Source: an uncultured Candidatus Saccharibacteria bacterium
GTDB lineage: Bacteria > Patescibacteriota > Doudnabacteria > UBA920
Reading direction: 5' to 3'
DNA length: 64,000 nucleotides
Assembly (NCBI GenBank): GCA_964436545.1
Contig: CAYTCJ010000006.1
Coordinates: 4,729 to 68,728 of the forward strand
The stretch's first letter is position 1. The number at the start of each line of letters is the position of its first letter. Of this stretch, positions 20,247-29,139 are shown piece after piece. The notes below the pieces were generated by a model. It saw only the letters and a program-made list of their open reading frames with translations. It searched no databases and had not been told where the DNA came from. The position numbers were made by a program, and so were the translations under genes.

Positions 20247-20654
20247 TTAAAACCCAAAAGTACTTCCACTACCGGAAACGGTGTTTACCACGACATTAAT
20301 AATTACATAAGACATAATAATAACTACCACTCCAATTACCGCGTTAATTAAGGTAGTTTTACCTTTCTCGCTTTGTTCTTCGTTACCCGCCGCGGTGATG
20401 TATTGGTAACCGCCTAAAATTACAAAAAATACTGCCAAAGCTCCGGCAATAAACAAGAGTAAACTAATTACCCTGTAAATTAAACCGCTGGGGCCGGTTA
20501 AAGTTTGGGCTCCGCTTAAACCTCCCACCGGAAATAACAACCTAATGCTATTTAACCCTCGGTTAACATCCCCTTGTGCTAAAGCCAAAAAAGGAAAGCC
20601 GGTTAATAACCCCAGTATGGATAACTTAAGGAAAAAAAATATTTTTTTTAGCAT
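20247..20654 (-). CDS. secreted pilin-like protein 2 (short ectodomain)
   Basis: Signal peptide plus VILGGYQYITAAGNEEQSEKGKTTLINAVIGVVVIIMS module, near-identical to gene 1 module. Confidence 0.7.
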   Translation of the reverse strand: MLKKIFFFLKLSILGLLTGFPFLALAQGDVNRGLNSIRLLFPVGGLSGAQTLTGPSGLIYRVISLLLFIAGALAVFFVILGGYQYITAAGNEEQSEKGKTTLINAVIGVVVIIMSYVIINVVVNTVSGSGSTFGF

Positions 20655-20741
20655 TGTTTTATTTTAAATAAAATATTCAAACCTCAATAGAAAATTTTGA
20701 CTTCAAAAAATTAAAAATTATATAATTTTAAATTTTCTATT

Positions 20742-20770
20742 AAGGTTTGACCCCCAAAAAATAGTGGGGG
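20742..20770. repeat. GC hairpin TGACCCCC-aaaaaatagt-GGGGGTCA immediately downstream of pilin gene 3
   Basis: 8-bp perfect stem; same C-run/G-run class as family B. Confidence 0.55.
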
Positions 20771-20779
20771 TCAAAAATA

Positions 20780-21193
20780 TTACGGACCGGCACCAGTACC
20801 GGCGCTAGAAACGAAATTGGAAACCACATTGACAATTACGTAAGATAAAATAATTATCACAATACCAATTAACGCGTTGACGGCTGTGCCTTTGCCTTTT
20901 TCCGCTGCTTCTTCGTTACCGGCAGAAGTAATGTATTGGAACCCGCCAATAATTAAGAACAAAACCGCTACGGCAAAAGCTATGCCCAATAGCCAATTAA
21001 TTACTGTTCTAATTAAAGAATTCACATTAGTTCCGGCGTTACAGTTAAGACCACTGGAAGGATCGCATTGTAGTCCTCGGTTTAACTGAGCGTCAGCCAC
21101 TAACAACGGAGCAAATAGTAGCAAACTTACCAAAGCGATTTGCGCTACGGATAACCAATTAATCTTTTTTAATGTTTGTATCACTTGTGTCAC
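20780..21193 (-). CDS. secreted pilin-like protein 3
   Basis: Signal peptide, CDPSSGLNCNAG, then LIIGGFQYITSAGNEEAAEKGKGTAVNALIGIVIIILSY module. Confidence 0.7.
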   Translation of the reverse strand: MTQVIQTLKKINWLSVAQIALVSLLLFAPLLVADAQLNRGLQCDPSSGLNCNAGTNVNSLIRTVINWLLGIAFAVAVLFLIIGGFQYITSAGNEEAAEKGKGTAVNALIGIVIIILSYVIVNVVSNFVSSAGTGAGP

Positions 21194-21267
21194 CCCCTCT
21201 CTTATGCCCTCTTATGTCCTTCTCTTCCCTTTCTCTTCCATTAAGAGTTAGGAAAGAGGGGGTAAGA
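21192..21267. repeat. inverted repeat ACCCCCTCTCTT...AAGAGGGGGT flanking a CT-rich spacer between pilin genes 3 and 4
   Basis: Read directly; family-B-like. Confidence 0.5.
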
Positions 21268-21439
21268 AGACCAAAGAGTTTAATTTTAACTATTATACTA
21301 TATTTTTACTTTTTATGGAAATTAACTATGTTATACCATTCTCGCCTGCCTACGGTAGACAGGCGGAAGCGGAAATCCAGAACTAATCAGACATTCTTTC
21401 TTAAGAAACAGATGTTAATAGTGTATTTATTCTTTCTGT

Positions 21440-21988
21440 TTATCTCGGTGTTGACCTATTTTCCAAAGGAGGATTATTTACTGGTTCTGATTCTCCACCC
21501 TCACTCGGATTACTAGGGGCCTGCTTTGGAGTAGCCTGACCTTGATTAGGTTTACTCTTCCCAATACTCAAGGTATTGGCCACAATCCTTACCATTGCTC
21601 CGGCCAAAATAATTACTGCCAAACCTAACACCGCATTAACTAAAATCTTTTTGGCTTGTTCACTGGCCTCTTCTTGCCCGGCGGAAGTGACATATTTAAA
21701 TCCACCATAAGTAATGGTAATTAATGCCACGCTACCGGCCAAAGCCAAAAGTGCATTAATAATCCACAGTCCAATTTGTTGAACACTGCAAAACCTAGGC
21801 AAATCTTCCACAGCATTAATGGTGCCTTTTTCAGTTTTAATAGTAAACCATTTATAAAACTTATCGCACCGGCTTTCTTGTATGGTGGTTAAGCCTTCTT
21901 TTGGCTGAGCCAAAACCGGTTTAACCAAAAAGCCAAAAATTATAACTAAACTAAATAATCCAATCTTTAAAAAAAACTGTTTAGACAT
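21440..21988 (-). CDS. secreted pilin-like protein 4 with Pro-rich disordered C-terminal tail
   Basis: Signal peptide; TYGGFKYVTSAGQEEASEQAKKILVNAVLGLAVIILAG module; tail ...TPKQAPSNPSEGGESEPVNNPP. Confidence 0.65.
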   Translation of the reverse strand: MSKQFFLKIGLFSLVIIFGFLVKPVLAQPKEGLTTIQESRCDKFYKWFTIKTEKGTINAVEDLPRFCSVQQIGLWIINALLALAGSVALITITYGGFKYVTSAGQEEASEQAKKILVNAVLGLAVIILAGAMVRIVANTLSIGKSKPNQGQATPKQAPSNPSEGGESEPVNNPPLENRSTPR

Positions 21989-23357
21989 GTTTATTGGGTT
22001 TAATAATATTTATTGCTTCAGGCTCAGGGATATTTGCCCCTAACAAATTTTGCACAATCGCAATTATACTAAAAGATAGCAAAGCCACCACCACACCCAA
22101 AACTGCCCAAGTAATGGTTTTTTTGGCTGCGGTAATGGCTTCCTCGTTTCCATTGGCAATGACCATTTTAAATCCGCCAATCATGACAAACACCACACCC
22201 CATAGCCCTACTACAGCCAAAAACCCCTTCGCAATACCTAAAAGCGTACCGGTTAAACTATCTGAAGGCAAAGGGTTAAATAAAGTTTCTTTTAAACTGG
22301 TATCTACTGTGCCAGCTCCCGCACCGGAATTACCCGCCCCTGTATTTGCACCCACATTACCCCCAGCCCCTGCACCGGTTCCTGTGCTACCCCCACCGCC
22401 TGACTTCAACCCCTCTATATTTACTTTAGCATTTCCTTCCGCATATTTAACGGTTATATTATTTTTATTTAAGACCACAACTTTTACATCATTGAGCCCA
22501 TTTTTAAAATAACCATTTTCTTCCACATTAATTTTTTGAATTTGTCTGTAAGCTAATTCAGCTTTTGTTTTTTCCATCGAACCAACTTCTCTGCTACCCA
22601 CATAAGTCTTAACTAATAAATTTGGGGATAAATTATTCGTATTTTCTAATTTTATACCAACTTCTACAATACTCAAATTTATATTTGAAGCTGTTTCAGC
22701 AGATACATCACCACGAGATCCAGTTGGATTTAAATTATTTAAATAGGCTGGCGGATAATAAGTAGAAGCATTGAAATCAATTTTTACATTCGTTACTCCT
22801 GATAAAATAGTGGGCCCTGATGTACCTGAAATATTAATATTTTCTGTTGCTGAAACTGTTAAAATATTACTTGAAACAATCCGCCCAGCCAAGGCATTGG
22901 TTCCCACAACCTTCACAAATACTGGAAATTGGTTTGAGTTCTCCAAATCACCAAAAATAAAATTACTTAAATTAAACTGAAAATTATCACTCGCCAATTC
23001 TTCACTGCGTGCTCCAGAAGAAGTAAATCTTGCAAAATTGTTAAATTCTCCATTTAGTCTTTTTTCTCCAGTCCCTGGGGTATTTACCATCCCGTATTGG
23101 CTTGGGGTGGCAACATTTTTTACTTTTACAAAATATTGTAAATAAACACCTTCTTTACATTCTGTTCCACTTCTACTAACTTGTGTAAATAATGAAATTG
23201 AGTCTGTGCTTGTAATATTTTTAGGTTGTGCTTGAAATCTTACTATATAATTACAAGACGCCTGTGCCACATTCAAAAACCCAAGTCCCACATACGAACT
23301 GAGTATAAACACCAAACAAACTATGGAAAAATATTTTTTCATAAACTTATAAGTCAC
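21981..23357 (-). CDS. secreted pilin-like protein 5 (458 aa): large beta-rich N-terminal domain, Gly-rich linker, C-terminal pilin module
   Basis: Signal peptide; GGGGSTGTGAGAGGNVGANTGAGNSGAGAG linker; MIGGFKMVIANGNEEAITAAKKTITWAVLGVVVALLSF module; overlaps neighbours by 8 and 11 bp. Confidence 0.65.
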   Translation of the reverse strand: MTYKFMKKYFSIVCLVFILSSYVGLGFLNVAQASCNYIVRFQAQPKNITSTDSISLFTQVSRSGTECKEGVYLQYFVKVKNVATPSQYGMVNTPGTGEKRLNGEFNNFARFTSSGARSEELASDNFQFNLSNFIFGDLENSNQFPVFVKVVGTNALAGRIVSSNILTVSATENINISGTSGPTILSGVTNVKIDFNASTYYPPAYLNNLNPTGSRGDVSAETASNINLSIVEVGIKLENTNNLSPNLLVKTYVGSREVGSMEKTKAELAYRQIQKINVEENGYFKNGLNDVKVVVLNKNNITVKYAEGNAKVNIEGLKSGGGGSTGTGAGAGGNVGANTGAGNSGAGAGTVDTSLKETLFNPLPSDSLTGTLLGIAKGFLAVVGLWGVVFVMIGGFKMVIANGNEEAITAAKKTITWAVLGVVVALLSFSIIAIVQNLLGANIPEPEAINIIKPNKHV

Positions 23358-23832
23358 ACTTAGCGTGGTCTTTCGGATTGGAATGAATAATTAAATAATT
23401 TAACGGGTCGGTTAAATCTAACTTGCACTCTACTTCTTTACCATTTTCCAATTTTATTTTCTTGCCGGCTCCCCCGAGTAAAATATAATTGACTGCGGTA
23501 TTTACAAACATATAAGCAAATAAGACCATTACAAACCCCACGACTGCCTGACTAATTTGCTTTTTGTAATTAGTAATTTTTTCTTCATTTCCCATAGTTA
23601 CCACTAACCAAAAGCCAGCTCCAATAATTACGTATACCGCATAAATCCCTGCTAGTCCTATAAGTGTATTGGTAACTCTGGCCACCATCACAAAAATATC
23701 TTTTAACGTGCAGGCACTTTGCCCACTACCCCCGCAAGGCACCAACCCGCCTTTGGCTTGAGCCAAAACCAAATCCGGAAAAACCAAAAAGATTCCTATC
23801 ACCAAACTGAAAATTAAAATTTTTTGTTTCAT
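23347..23832 (-). CDS. secreted pilin-like protein 6 with Cys-containing C-terminal extension
   Basis: Signal peptide; IIGAGFWLVVTMGNEEKITNYKKQISQAVVGFVMVLFAY module. Confidence 0.65.
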   Translation of the reverse strand: MKQKILIFSLVIGIFLVFPDLVLAQAKGGLVPCGGSGQSACTLKDIFVMVARVTNTLIGLAGIYAVYVIIGAGFWLVVTMGNEEKITNYKKQISQAVVGFVMVLFAYMFVNTAVNYILLGGAGKKIKLENGKEVECKLDLTDPLNYLIIHSNPKDHAKCDL

Positions 23833-23922
23833 CTATATATTATTGCTAAATAATTATAGCATTTTTTCCCAACTTTAACACCTACTCCGCAATTTACCTG
23901 CCTTTTTAAAAAAATTACCGCC

Positions 23923-25221
23923 CTACTCTCTTACTAAAGTATTAATTTGCGCCTCAGCTTCATAAACCGCTTCGGTAAAATCTTTGCCTTTCAAATTTAC
24001 ATTGTCCAGCATATTCCCTACGATATTGTCATACTTAGCTTGCTCGGGGCGTTTAAAACTTCTGGCGGTTAAATTGGCTGTGGCAAAAACTCCCAAATCC
24101 ACATCTTGGGCTTGCAGTTCCACCAAATCTTTACGAGCAGATGGCACTTTATGGTTAGCGTAATATTTTTCCAAAGCATCTTTACTGGAAATAAACTTTA
24201 AAAAATCCCAAGCCGCCACTTTATTTTTACTCTGAATAGACACACCCTCTGCCCAATAATTGGCAAAATTGACGCTCGGCTCGTTTAAGTTAAATTGCGG
24301 GACAAAAGTCACATCAAATCTTAAATTGGGTGCTTTTTGCCTAAGGGTATCGGCTAAATAACTATATCCAAACACATACGCACTGCGACCATTTACAAAC
24401 GCATCTATGGAATAATCACTCCTGGCATTCCAAGTATAATTCTGACTTTTAGGATCGGCAAAAGAGCTGTAAAAATCCAAAGCCTCCACAGCCGGTTCTA
24501 AATTTTTATTATCTTTTTGAATATTTTGACCTAATTGCGCAAACCCCTCCTCATTACTCCCAATATTTTTAAAGCCTAATTGGAGCATAAATAAATAGTA
24601 AATATCCACGGCACGGTTAACATTCTTGGCTAACCCCAAAGCCACACCGCTATTCTGAAAATAACCTCGGCTATCTTGCTTGGTTAAAATTCTGGTGTGC
24701 TCAGCCAATTCCTGCCAACTTCTCGCCGGTACGGCAATCCCCGCACTGCCCAATAAATCTTTATTATAATAGAGAGCCAAAGAATCTACAGACAAGGGCA
24801 CGGCATACAGTTTATTTTTATTTACTAAATCTTCTTTGACTACCTCTACAAAATTATCATTAATATATTTCAGATTAATAACTTTTTCCGAAGCCGGTTC
24901 TAATTTGTCTATATACTTAGGCAACCACGTATTGTGAATGGAAAAAATATCCGGCCCCTTCCCCGAAGCTAAAGCGTTTAACAAATCGGTTTCGTAATTT
25001 TCTATATTCTTTTTTACGTAATTAATTTGCGCTCCGGGATGTTTGGCTATATACGCATCAATTAACGGCCTTATATTTTCGCTGTCTTCAAAAGTTTTCC
25101 AAATGGTTAAAGTCACCGGACCGGTGGGTCCGGCCGGATTACCATTCCCCCCACAACCCGCGGACACCAATACCAAGAGCCCGACTACCAACCATGTTTT
25201 GATTTTGCTTTTTATTTTCAT
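23923..25221 (-). CDS. extracellular solute-binding lipoprotein (ABC transporter family-1 SBP, sugar-type), orphan (no permease nearby)
   Basis: Lipobox LVSAGC; SBP_bac_1-like fold motifs. Confidence 0.75.
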   Translation of the reverse strand: MKIKSKIKTWLVVGLLVLVSAGCGGNGNPAGPTGPVTLTIWKTFEDSENIRPLIDAYIAKHPGAQINYVKKNIENYETDLLNALASGKGPDIFSIHNTWLPKYIDKLEPASEKVINLKYINDNFVEVVKEDLVNKNKLYAVPLSVDSLALYYNKDLLGSAGIAVPARSWQELAEHTRILTKQDSRGYFQNSGVALGLAKNVNRAVDIYYLFMLQLGFKNIGSNEEGFAQLGQNIQKDNKNLEPAVEALDFYSSFADPKSQNYTWNARSDYSIDAFVNGRSAYVFGYSYLADTLRQKAPNLRFDVTFVPQFNLNEPSVNFANYWAEGVSIQSKNKVAAWDFLKFISSKDALEKYYANHKVPSARKDLVELQAQDVDLGVFATANLTARSFKRPEQAKYDNIVGNMLDNVNLKGKDFTEAVYEAEAQINTLVRE

Positions 25222-25326
25222 AAGTTTAAACTTAGTTTAAACACGGCTATTTTTTTCTTGCTAAAAATTGATTGTAAAAAAATTTGTTTAAATTATTTGG
25301 AAATTTAAGTTCGGTTTACCCCTTTA

Positions 25327-26199
25327 CTATAACTGGATATTTTTTAAATATTCCCCAAAGTCCTTTTTGAGCTCCTCGTGCATTAAGCCAAACTCCACAA
25401 CTGCTTTTAAATATTCCAGTTTATTGCCGGTATCGTAATATTTTCCTTTTTGAATTTCCACGGCATAGACATCTTGCTCTTTGGCTAATTGAGAAATTGC
25501 CTCCGGAAGCCAAATTTCCCCGCCTTTGCCCGGCTTAGCCTCGGCTAAAATGTCAAAAATTCGGGGGGTTAATATATATGCTCCATGGGTGGCTAAATCC
25601 GAGGGCGCCTCGTTTAACTGGGGTTTTTCTACAATCTGGTTAATTTTATAAATGCCCGTTTCCACATTTGTCACTTCCGCAATGCCGTATTTAGACACCT
25701 CGGTTTTGGGCACTCTTACAGCCGAAACATTTGGCACGCCATACTTTTCCCATACCTGAATCATTTGTTTTAATCTGGGCGGGTTAGAATAAATAAATTC
25801 ATCTCCCCACAAAACCGCAAACGGTTCATCGCCAATTACTCGCCGGGCATTTAATACCGGCGTACCGTTGCCATAAGTACCTTTTTGACGAACGTAAATA
25901 AAATTGGCCATATCTGCAATCTTCCTTACTGCTTCGGCCTGTTCTTCTTTCCCGGCTTCCAAGAGTCGCTTTTCCAATTCAAACGGATAATCAAAATGGT
26001 CTTCAATCGTGCGTTTATGCCAACCGGTCACAATAATAATATCTTCAATCCCCGAAGCCACTGCTTCTTCCACCACATACTGAATAATGGGTTTATCCAC
26101 TATGGGGAGCATTTCTTTGGGCATGGCTTTGGTCGCAGGTAAAAACCTGGTTCCAAACCCGGCTGCGGGAATAATGGCTTTTCTAATTTTTTGGCTCAT
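25327..26199 (-). CDS. galU: UTP--glucose-1-phosphate uridylyltransferase
   Basis: KAIIPAAGFGTRFLPATKAMPKEMLPIVDKP N-terminus. Confidence 0.9.
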   Translation of the reverse strand: MSQKIRKAIIPAAGFGTRFLPATKAMPKEMLPIVDKPIIQYVVEEAVASGIEDIIIVTGWHKRTIEDHFDYPFELEKRLLEAGKEEQAEAVRKIADMANFIYVRQKGTYGNGTPVLNARRVIGDEPFAVLWGDEFIYSNPPRLKQMIQVWEKYGVPNVSAVRVPKTEVSKYGIAEVTNVETGIYKINQIVEKPQLNEAPSDLATHGAYILTPRIFDILAEAKPGKGGEIWLPEAISQLAKEQDVYAVEIQKGKYYDTGNKLEYLKAVVEFGLMHEELKKDFGEYLKNIQL

Positions 26200-26326
26200 A
26201 AAAATATTATAACAGAATTTTAAACTTTCTTAAATTGGTTAACTGTGATTTGGATATAGCTTATTTTCTCTTTCCCTGTTCTCTTAATCTCTATTGCACT
26301 AATTCTCTATTTCCCCGACTCTCTAT

Positions 26327-27832
26327 TTATTCTGCCTTAGGCCTATACTGAATGGCTTCGCTTAAATGCCTGGCGGTAATTTGCTCTACCCCGGCTAAAT
26401 CGGCAATGGTTTTCGCCACTTTTAAAATACGGTGCAAAGACCGTCCGGAAAAATTATAAATTTTAGAAGCTTGCTTAAGCATAGCCTCGCCTTCCGCATC
26501 TAATTTGCAAAAGACTTTTAATTCCAATAAATTCATTTCGCTGTTGGTTTTTGGGTTCCCAAATCTGACTTGTTGAATTTGTCTGGCGGTTTCCACTCGG
26601 TGCTTAATGTCCGCGGAAGTCTCCGCTCCGGTTTCGGAGGCGATTTTTTCATAAGGGAGCCGGGGCACTTCCACGTGTAAATCAATTCTATCCAACAAAG
26701 GTCCGGAAATTTTCTTTTGATATTTAAAAATTTGTCCGGGTAAGCATTGGCACTTCTTGCTCGCATCGCCATAATACCCACACGGACAAGGATTTTGAGC
26801 GGCCACTAAAGTAAATTTGGCGGGGAACGTCCAGCTACCACTGGCCCGCGCCACCGTGACTATGCCATCTTCCAAGGGTTGCCTTAAGGCTTCCAGCACA
26901 TTTCTGGGGAACTCGGGAAACTCATCTAAAAATAAAATCCCTCTGTGCGATAAAGTAATTTCTCCGGGTCTGGGGTTTGCACCCCCACCTACCAAAGCCA
27001 CATTGGAAGTCGTATGATGTGGACTTCTTACCGGCCGACTGGAAATAAAACTTTCTTTTAATTTTCCCGCAATGCTATAAATTTTGGTTAATTCTAAAAC
27101 TTCTTCCAGTTTTAAATCGGGCAGAATGCCGGCCATTGCTCTGGCTAATAAAGTTTTCCCGCTTCCCGGCGGACCGGATAATAACACATTGTGGCCACCG
27201 GCTGCTGCAATTTCCAAAGCCCGTTTCGCCAATTCTTGCCCGGCCACATCTTTCATGTCCAATATGCTCTGCGGATTTTTAAATAACTGGTCTTGGGACT
27301 GGGGCTTAAGCGGGGAAATCGGGTTTAGCATTAACAAATGCTCGACTAACTGTTTTAAATTTTTTACCGGAAAAATTTTTACTCCGGCCACCAACCCCGC
27401 TTCTTGCGCATTAGCTTCGGGAATGAATAATTCTGCAATCCCTTGCTTTTGGGCTTTAATTGCTACCGCCAAGACCCCCGGCACAGCTCTTAGTTGACCA
27501 TCTAAAGACAACTCCCCCAAAAATAATTTAGCTTGAGTGTCAAAACTTACTTGCTCATAAGCCAAGAGAATTGCCAAGGCAATAGGCAAATCAAAATGCG
27601 TGCCCAATTTAGGCAAATCTGCCGGTGCCAAATTTACCGAGACCCGAGTTACCGGATATTCAGCCCCGGAATTTTTTATGGCATTTTTCACTCTCTCCTT
27701 ACTTTCCTGAACTGCGGTGTCGGGCAAGCCGACAATAATCGTATTGGTTAAACCATTACTCACCCCGGCTTCCACTTCTATTATTTCCGCATCCAAACCC
27801 ACAATTGTCGCAGAGAAAATTTTTGCAATCAC
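26327..27832 (-). CDS. YifB/ComM family Mg-chelatase-like AAA+ ATPase
   Basis: Lon-protease-like N domain, Walker A GPPGSGKT, C-terminal Mg-chelatase domain. Confidence 0.9.
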   Translation of the reverse strand: MIAKIFSATIVGLDAEIIEVEAGVSNGLTNTIIVGLPDTAVQESKERVKNAIKNSGAEYPVTRVSVNLAPADLPKLGTHFDLPIALAILLAYEQVSFDTQAKLFLGELSLDGQLRAVPGVLAVAIKAQKQGIAELFIPEANAQEAGLVAGVKIFPVKNLKQLVEHLLMLNPISPLKPQSQDQLFKNPQSILDMKDVAGQELAKRALEIAAAGGHNVLLSGPPGSGKTLLARAMAGILPDLKLEEVLELTKIYSIAGKLKESFISSRPVRSPHHTTSNVALVGGGANPRPGEITLSHRGILFLDEFPEFPRNVLEALRQPLEDGIVTVARASGSWTFPAKFTLVAAQNPCPCGYYGDASKKCQCLPGQIFKYQKKISGPLLDRIDLHVEVPRLPYEKIASETGAETSADIKHRVETARQIQQVRFGNPKTNSEMNLLELKVFCKLDAEGEAMLKQASKIYNFSGRSLHRILKVAKTIADLAGVEQITARHLSEAIQYRPKAE

Positions 27833-27884
27833 AAAATTAATTTACAAAAATGACAGAATTTAATAAATAACAAAAATAAAATAT

Positions 27885-28319
27885 TTATGTCGATTTTGTC
27901 ATTTCCGTCGTTTTTGTCATTAATGAATAAACTAACAAAATTAAAATTCCTAAAATAATGTATCCATCGGCTAAATTAAAAACCCCATTAAAAAGATAAA
28001 TCCAATCTCTAACATAACCCAAAAATAATCTTTCCCCTACGTTAGACAGTCCGCCGGCCAAAATCAAACCCCATGCAATTGTTTCGCCAATGCGAAACTT
28101 AAAATAATTTTGCAAGATATAAACCGTCATAACACTCATTACCAAAAAATAAATTACATACATTAAACTTGTCGGCACCGGCAAACTAAAAGCAAACTGA
28201 TAATTTTTAAACTGATCGGGTGTCCAATGTTTGGTAATTTGATCCAATAAAATTAAACTAAAAAAAACACCCAACCCAGTTAAAAAAACTTTGGGTTTAG
28301 GTATTTGATTATTTCTCAT
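27885..28319 (-). CDS. lspA: lipoprotein signal peptidase II
   Basis: 4 TM helices; VRDWIYLFNG..FNLAD signature. Confidence 0.8.
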   Translation of the reverse strand: MRNNQIPKPKVFLTGLGVFFSLILLDQITKHWTPDQFKNYQFAFSLPVPTSLMYVIYFLVMSVMTVYILQNYFKFRIGETIAWGLILAGGLSNVGERLFLGYVRDWIYLFNGVFNLADGYIILGILILLVYSLMTKTTEMTKST

Positions 28320-28320
28320 T

Positions 28321-28378
28321 AGAAATTAGAAATTACTTGTCCCCCAAAGCCTTGGCGAAGGGGGAGAAATTAGAAATT
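28321..28378. repeat. GC hairpin TCCCCC-aaagccttggcgaa-GGGGGA (28340-28366) flanked by 14-bp direct repeats AGAAATTAGAAATT
   Basis: Direct repeats at 28321-28334 and 28365-28378 read directly; looks like a target-site duplication around a small inserted hairpin. Confidence 0.55.
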
Positions 28379-28391
28379 CATTTAGCCTTGG

Positions 28392-28709
28392 CTAAATGCT
28401 CCTATCTGCCCAAGGTAAAACTTCCAGTCTCTCTTTGGCAATTGGCTGTCCATCATCATCTGTGCCATAAGTTCCTTGCTCCATCTTTCGCAGTGCTTTA
28501 GCGATTTTTTCCAAATCTTGAGACACTTTGCTTTTTATGCTCAAATGTAATTCATCTTCTTCGGCTTCTTTGGCATTGTCATCATCCCGACTCCCCAGTT
28601 CGGTGTGTTCCGGTAACAACTCCAATTCCTGCGTTAATCGAGCTTGTTCACTTAACAAGTGAACTTTCATTTTTTCTAAAAATGTTTTGTCTAAATGTGT
28701 ATTTGTCAT
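28392..28709 (-). CDS. DksA/TraR-family protein lacking the C4 zinc-finger cysteines
   Basis: C-terminal region matches the DksA family pattern but has Asp in place of the zinc-finger Cys (GTYGTDDDGQPIAKERLEVLPWADRS). Confidence 0.5.
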   Translation of the reverse strand: MTNTHLDKTFLEKMKVHLLSEQARLTQELELLPEHTELGSRDDDNAKEAEEDELHLSIKSKVSQDLEKIAKALRKMEQGTYGTDDDGQPIAKERLEVLPWADRSI

Positions 28710-28740
28710 AAAAATATTATATGCTTTTCTCTTATAAAAT

Positions 28741-28990
28741 GCAAAAGCGCCCGGGTCACGGGCGTTCCAATAAAAAAATTATATGAACGGTGACACAGGG
28801 CGCTAAACCCGAAACCTCGGATCTTTCACCGCTCTACATTTTAAAGCTTAACTTTTAAGCGCTAAAACGTAGAGCAGTAAACGACACTTCACAGATTTCA
28901 GGCCTTCTCGATATAACATCGAGAGAAGCGTCTGAAGTCCAATCTGGTTTTCAAACAACACTCTAGGCTTTCCTTAAGGTCTTTCGACCA
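28741..28990 (-). ncRNA. candidate structured leader RNA or small RNA ending in an intrinsic terminator (28745-28765) about 35 nt upstream of the dksA-like start
   Basis: 250-nt non-coding stretch with several internal hairpins; terminator GCGCCCGTGACCCGGGCGC+TTTTGC on minus strand; identity not established. Confidence 0.25.
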
Positions 28991-29139
28991 TAAACATTAG
29001 TATTTTATTGTTTTGCTCCATAAATACTCAAAATGGAATTGATTTTTGTTTTTGTTTTTTCATACAGCTTTGGATTGGGCAAAGCTTTGACGGAAAGTCT
29101 AAAGGAAAAAATGGCTCAAACAAAGGCTTTTAAGCGAAA

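Noticed and set aside
26533-26781. Nested ORFs inside yifB (26533..26781, 26817..27017, 27084..27497, 27533..27751) and inside ddl (43574..43771, 43593..43781)
   Set aside because: They overlap strongly supported genes in alternative frames, with no start context or conservation signal.
28741-28990. Attempted identification of the structured non-coding stretch as tmRNA, RNase P RNA, SRP RNA or 6S RNA
   Set aside because: None of the conserved motifs I can recall for those RNAs (tRNA-like ends with CCA, GGAA/GCAGCC SRP motif, RNase P P4 sequences) are present. Left as an unassigned candidate.
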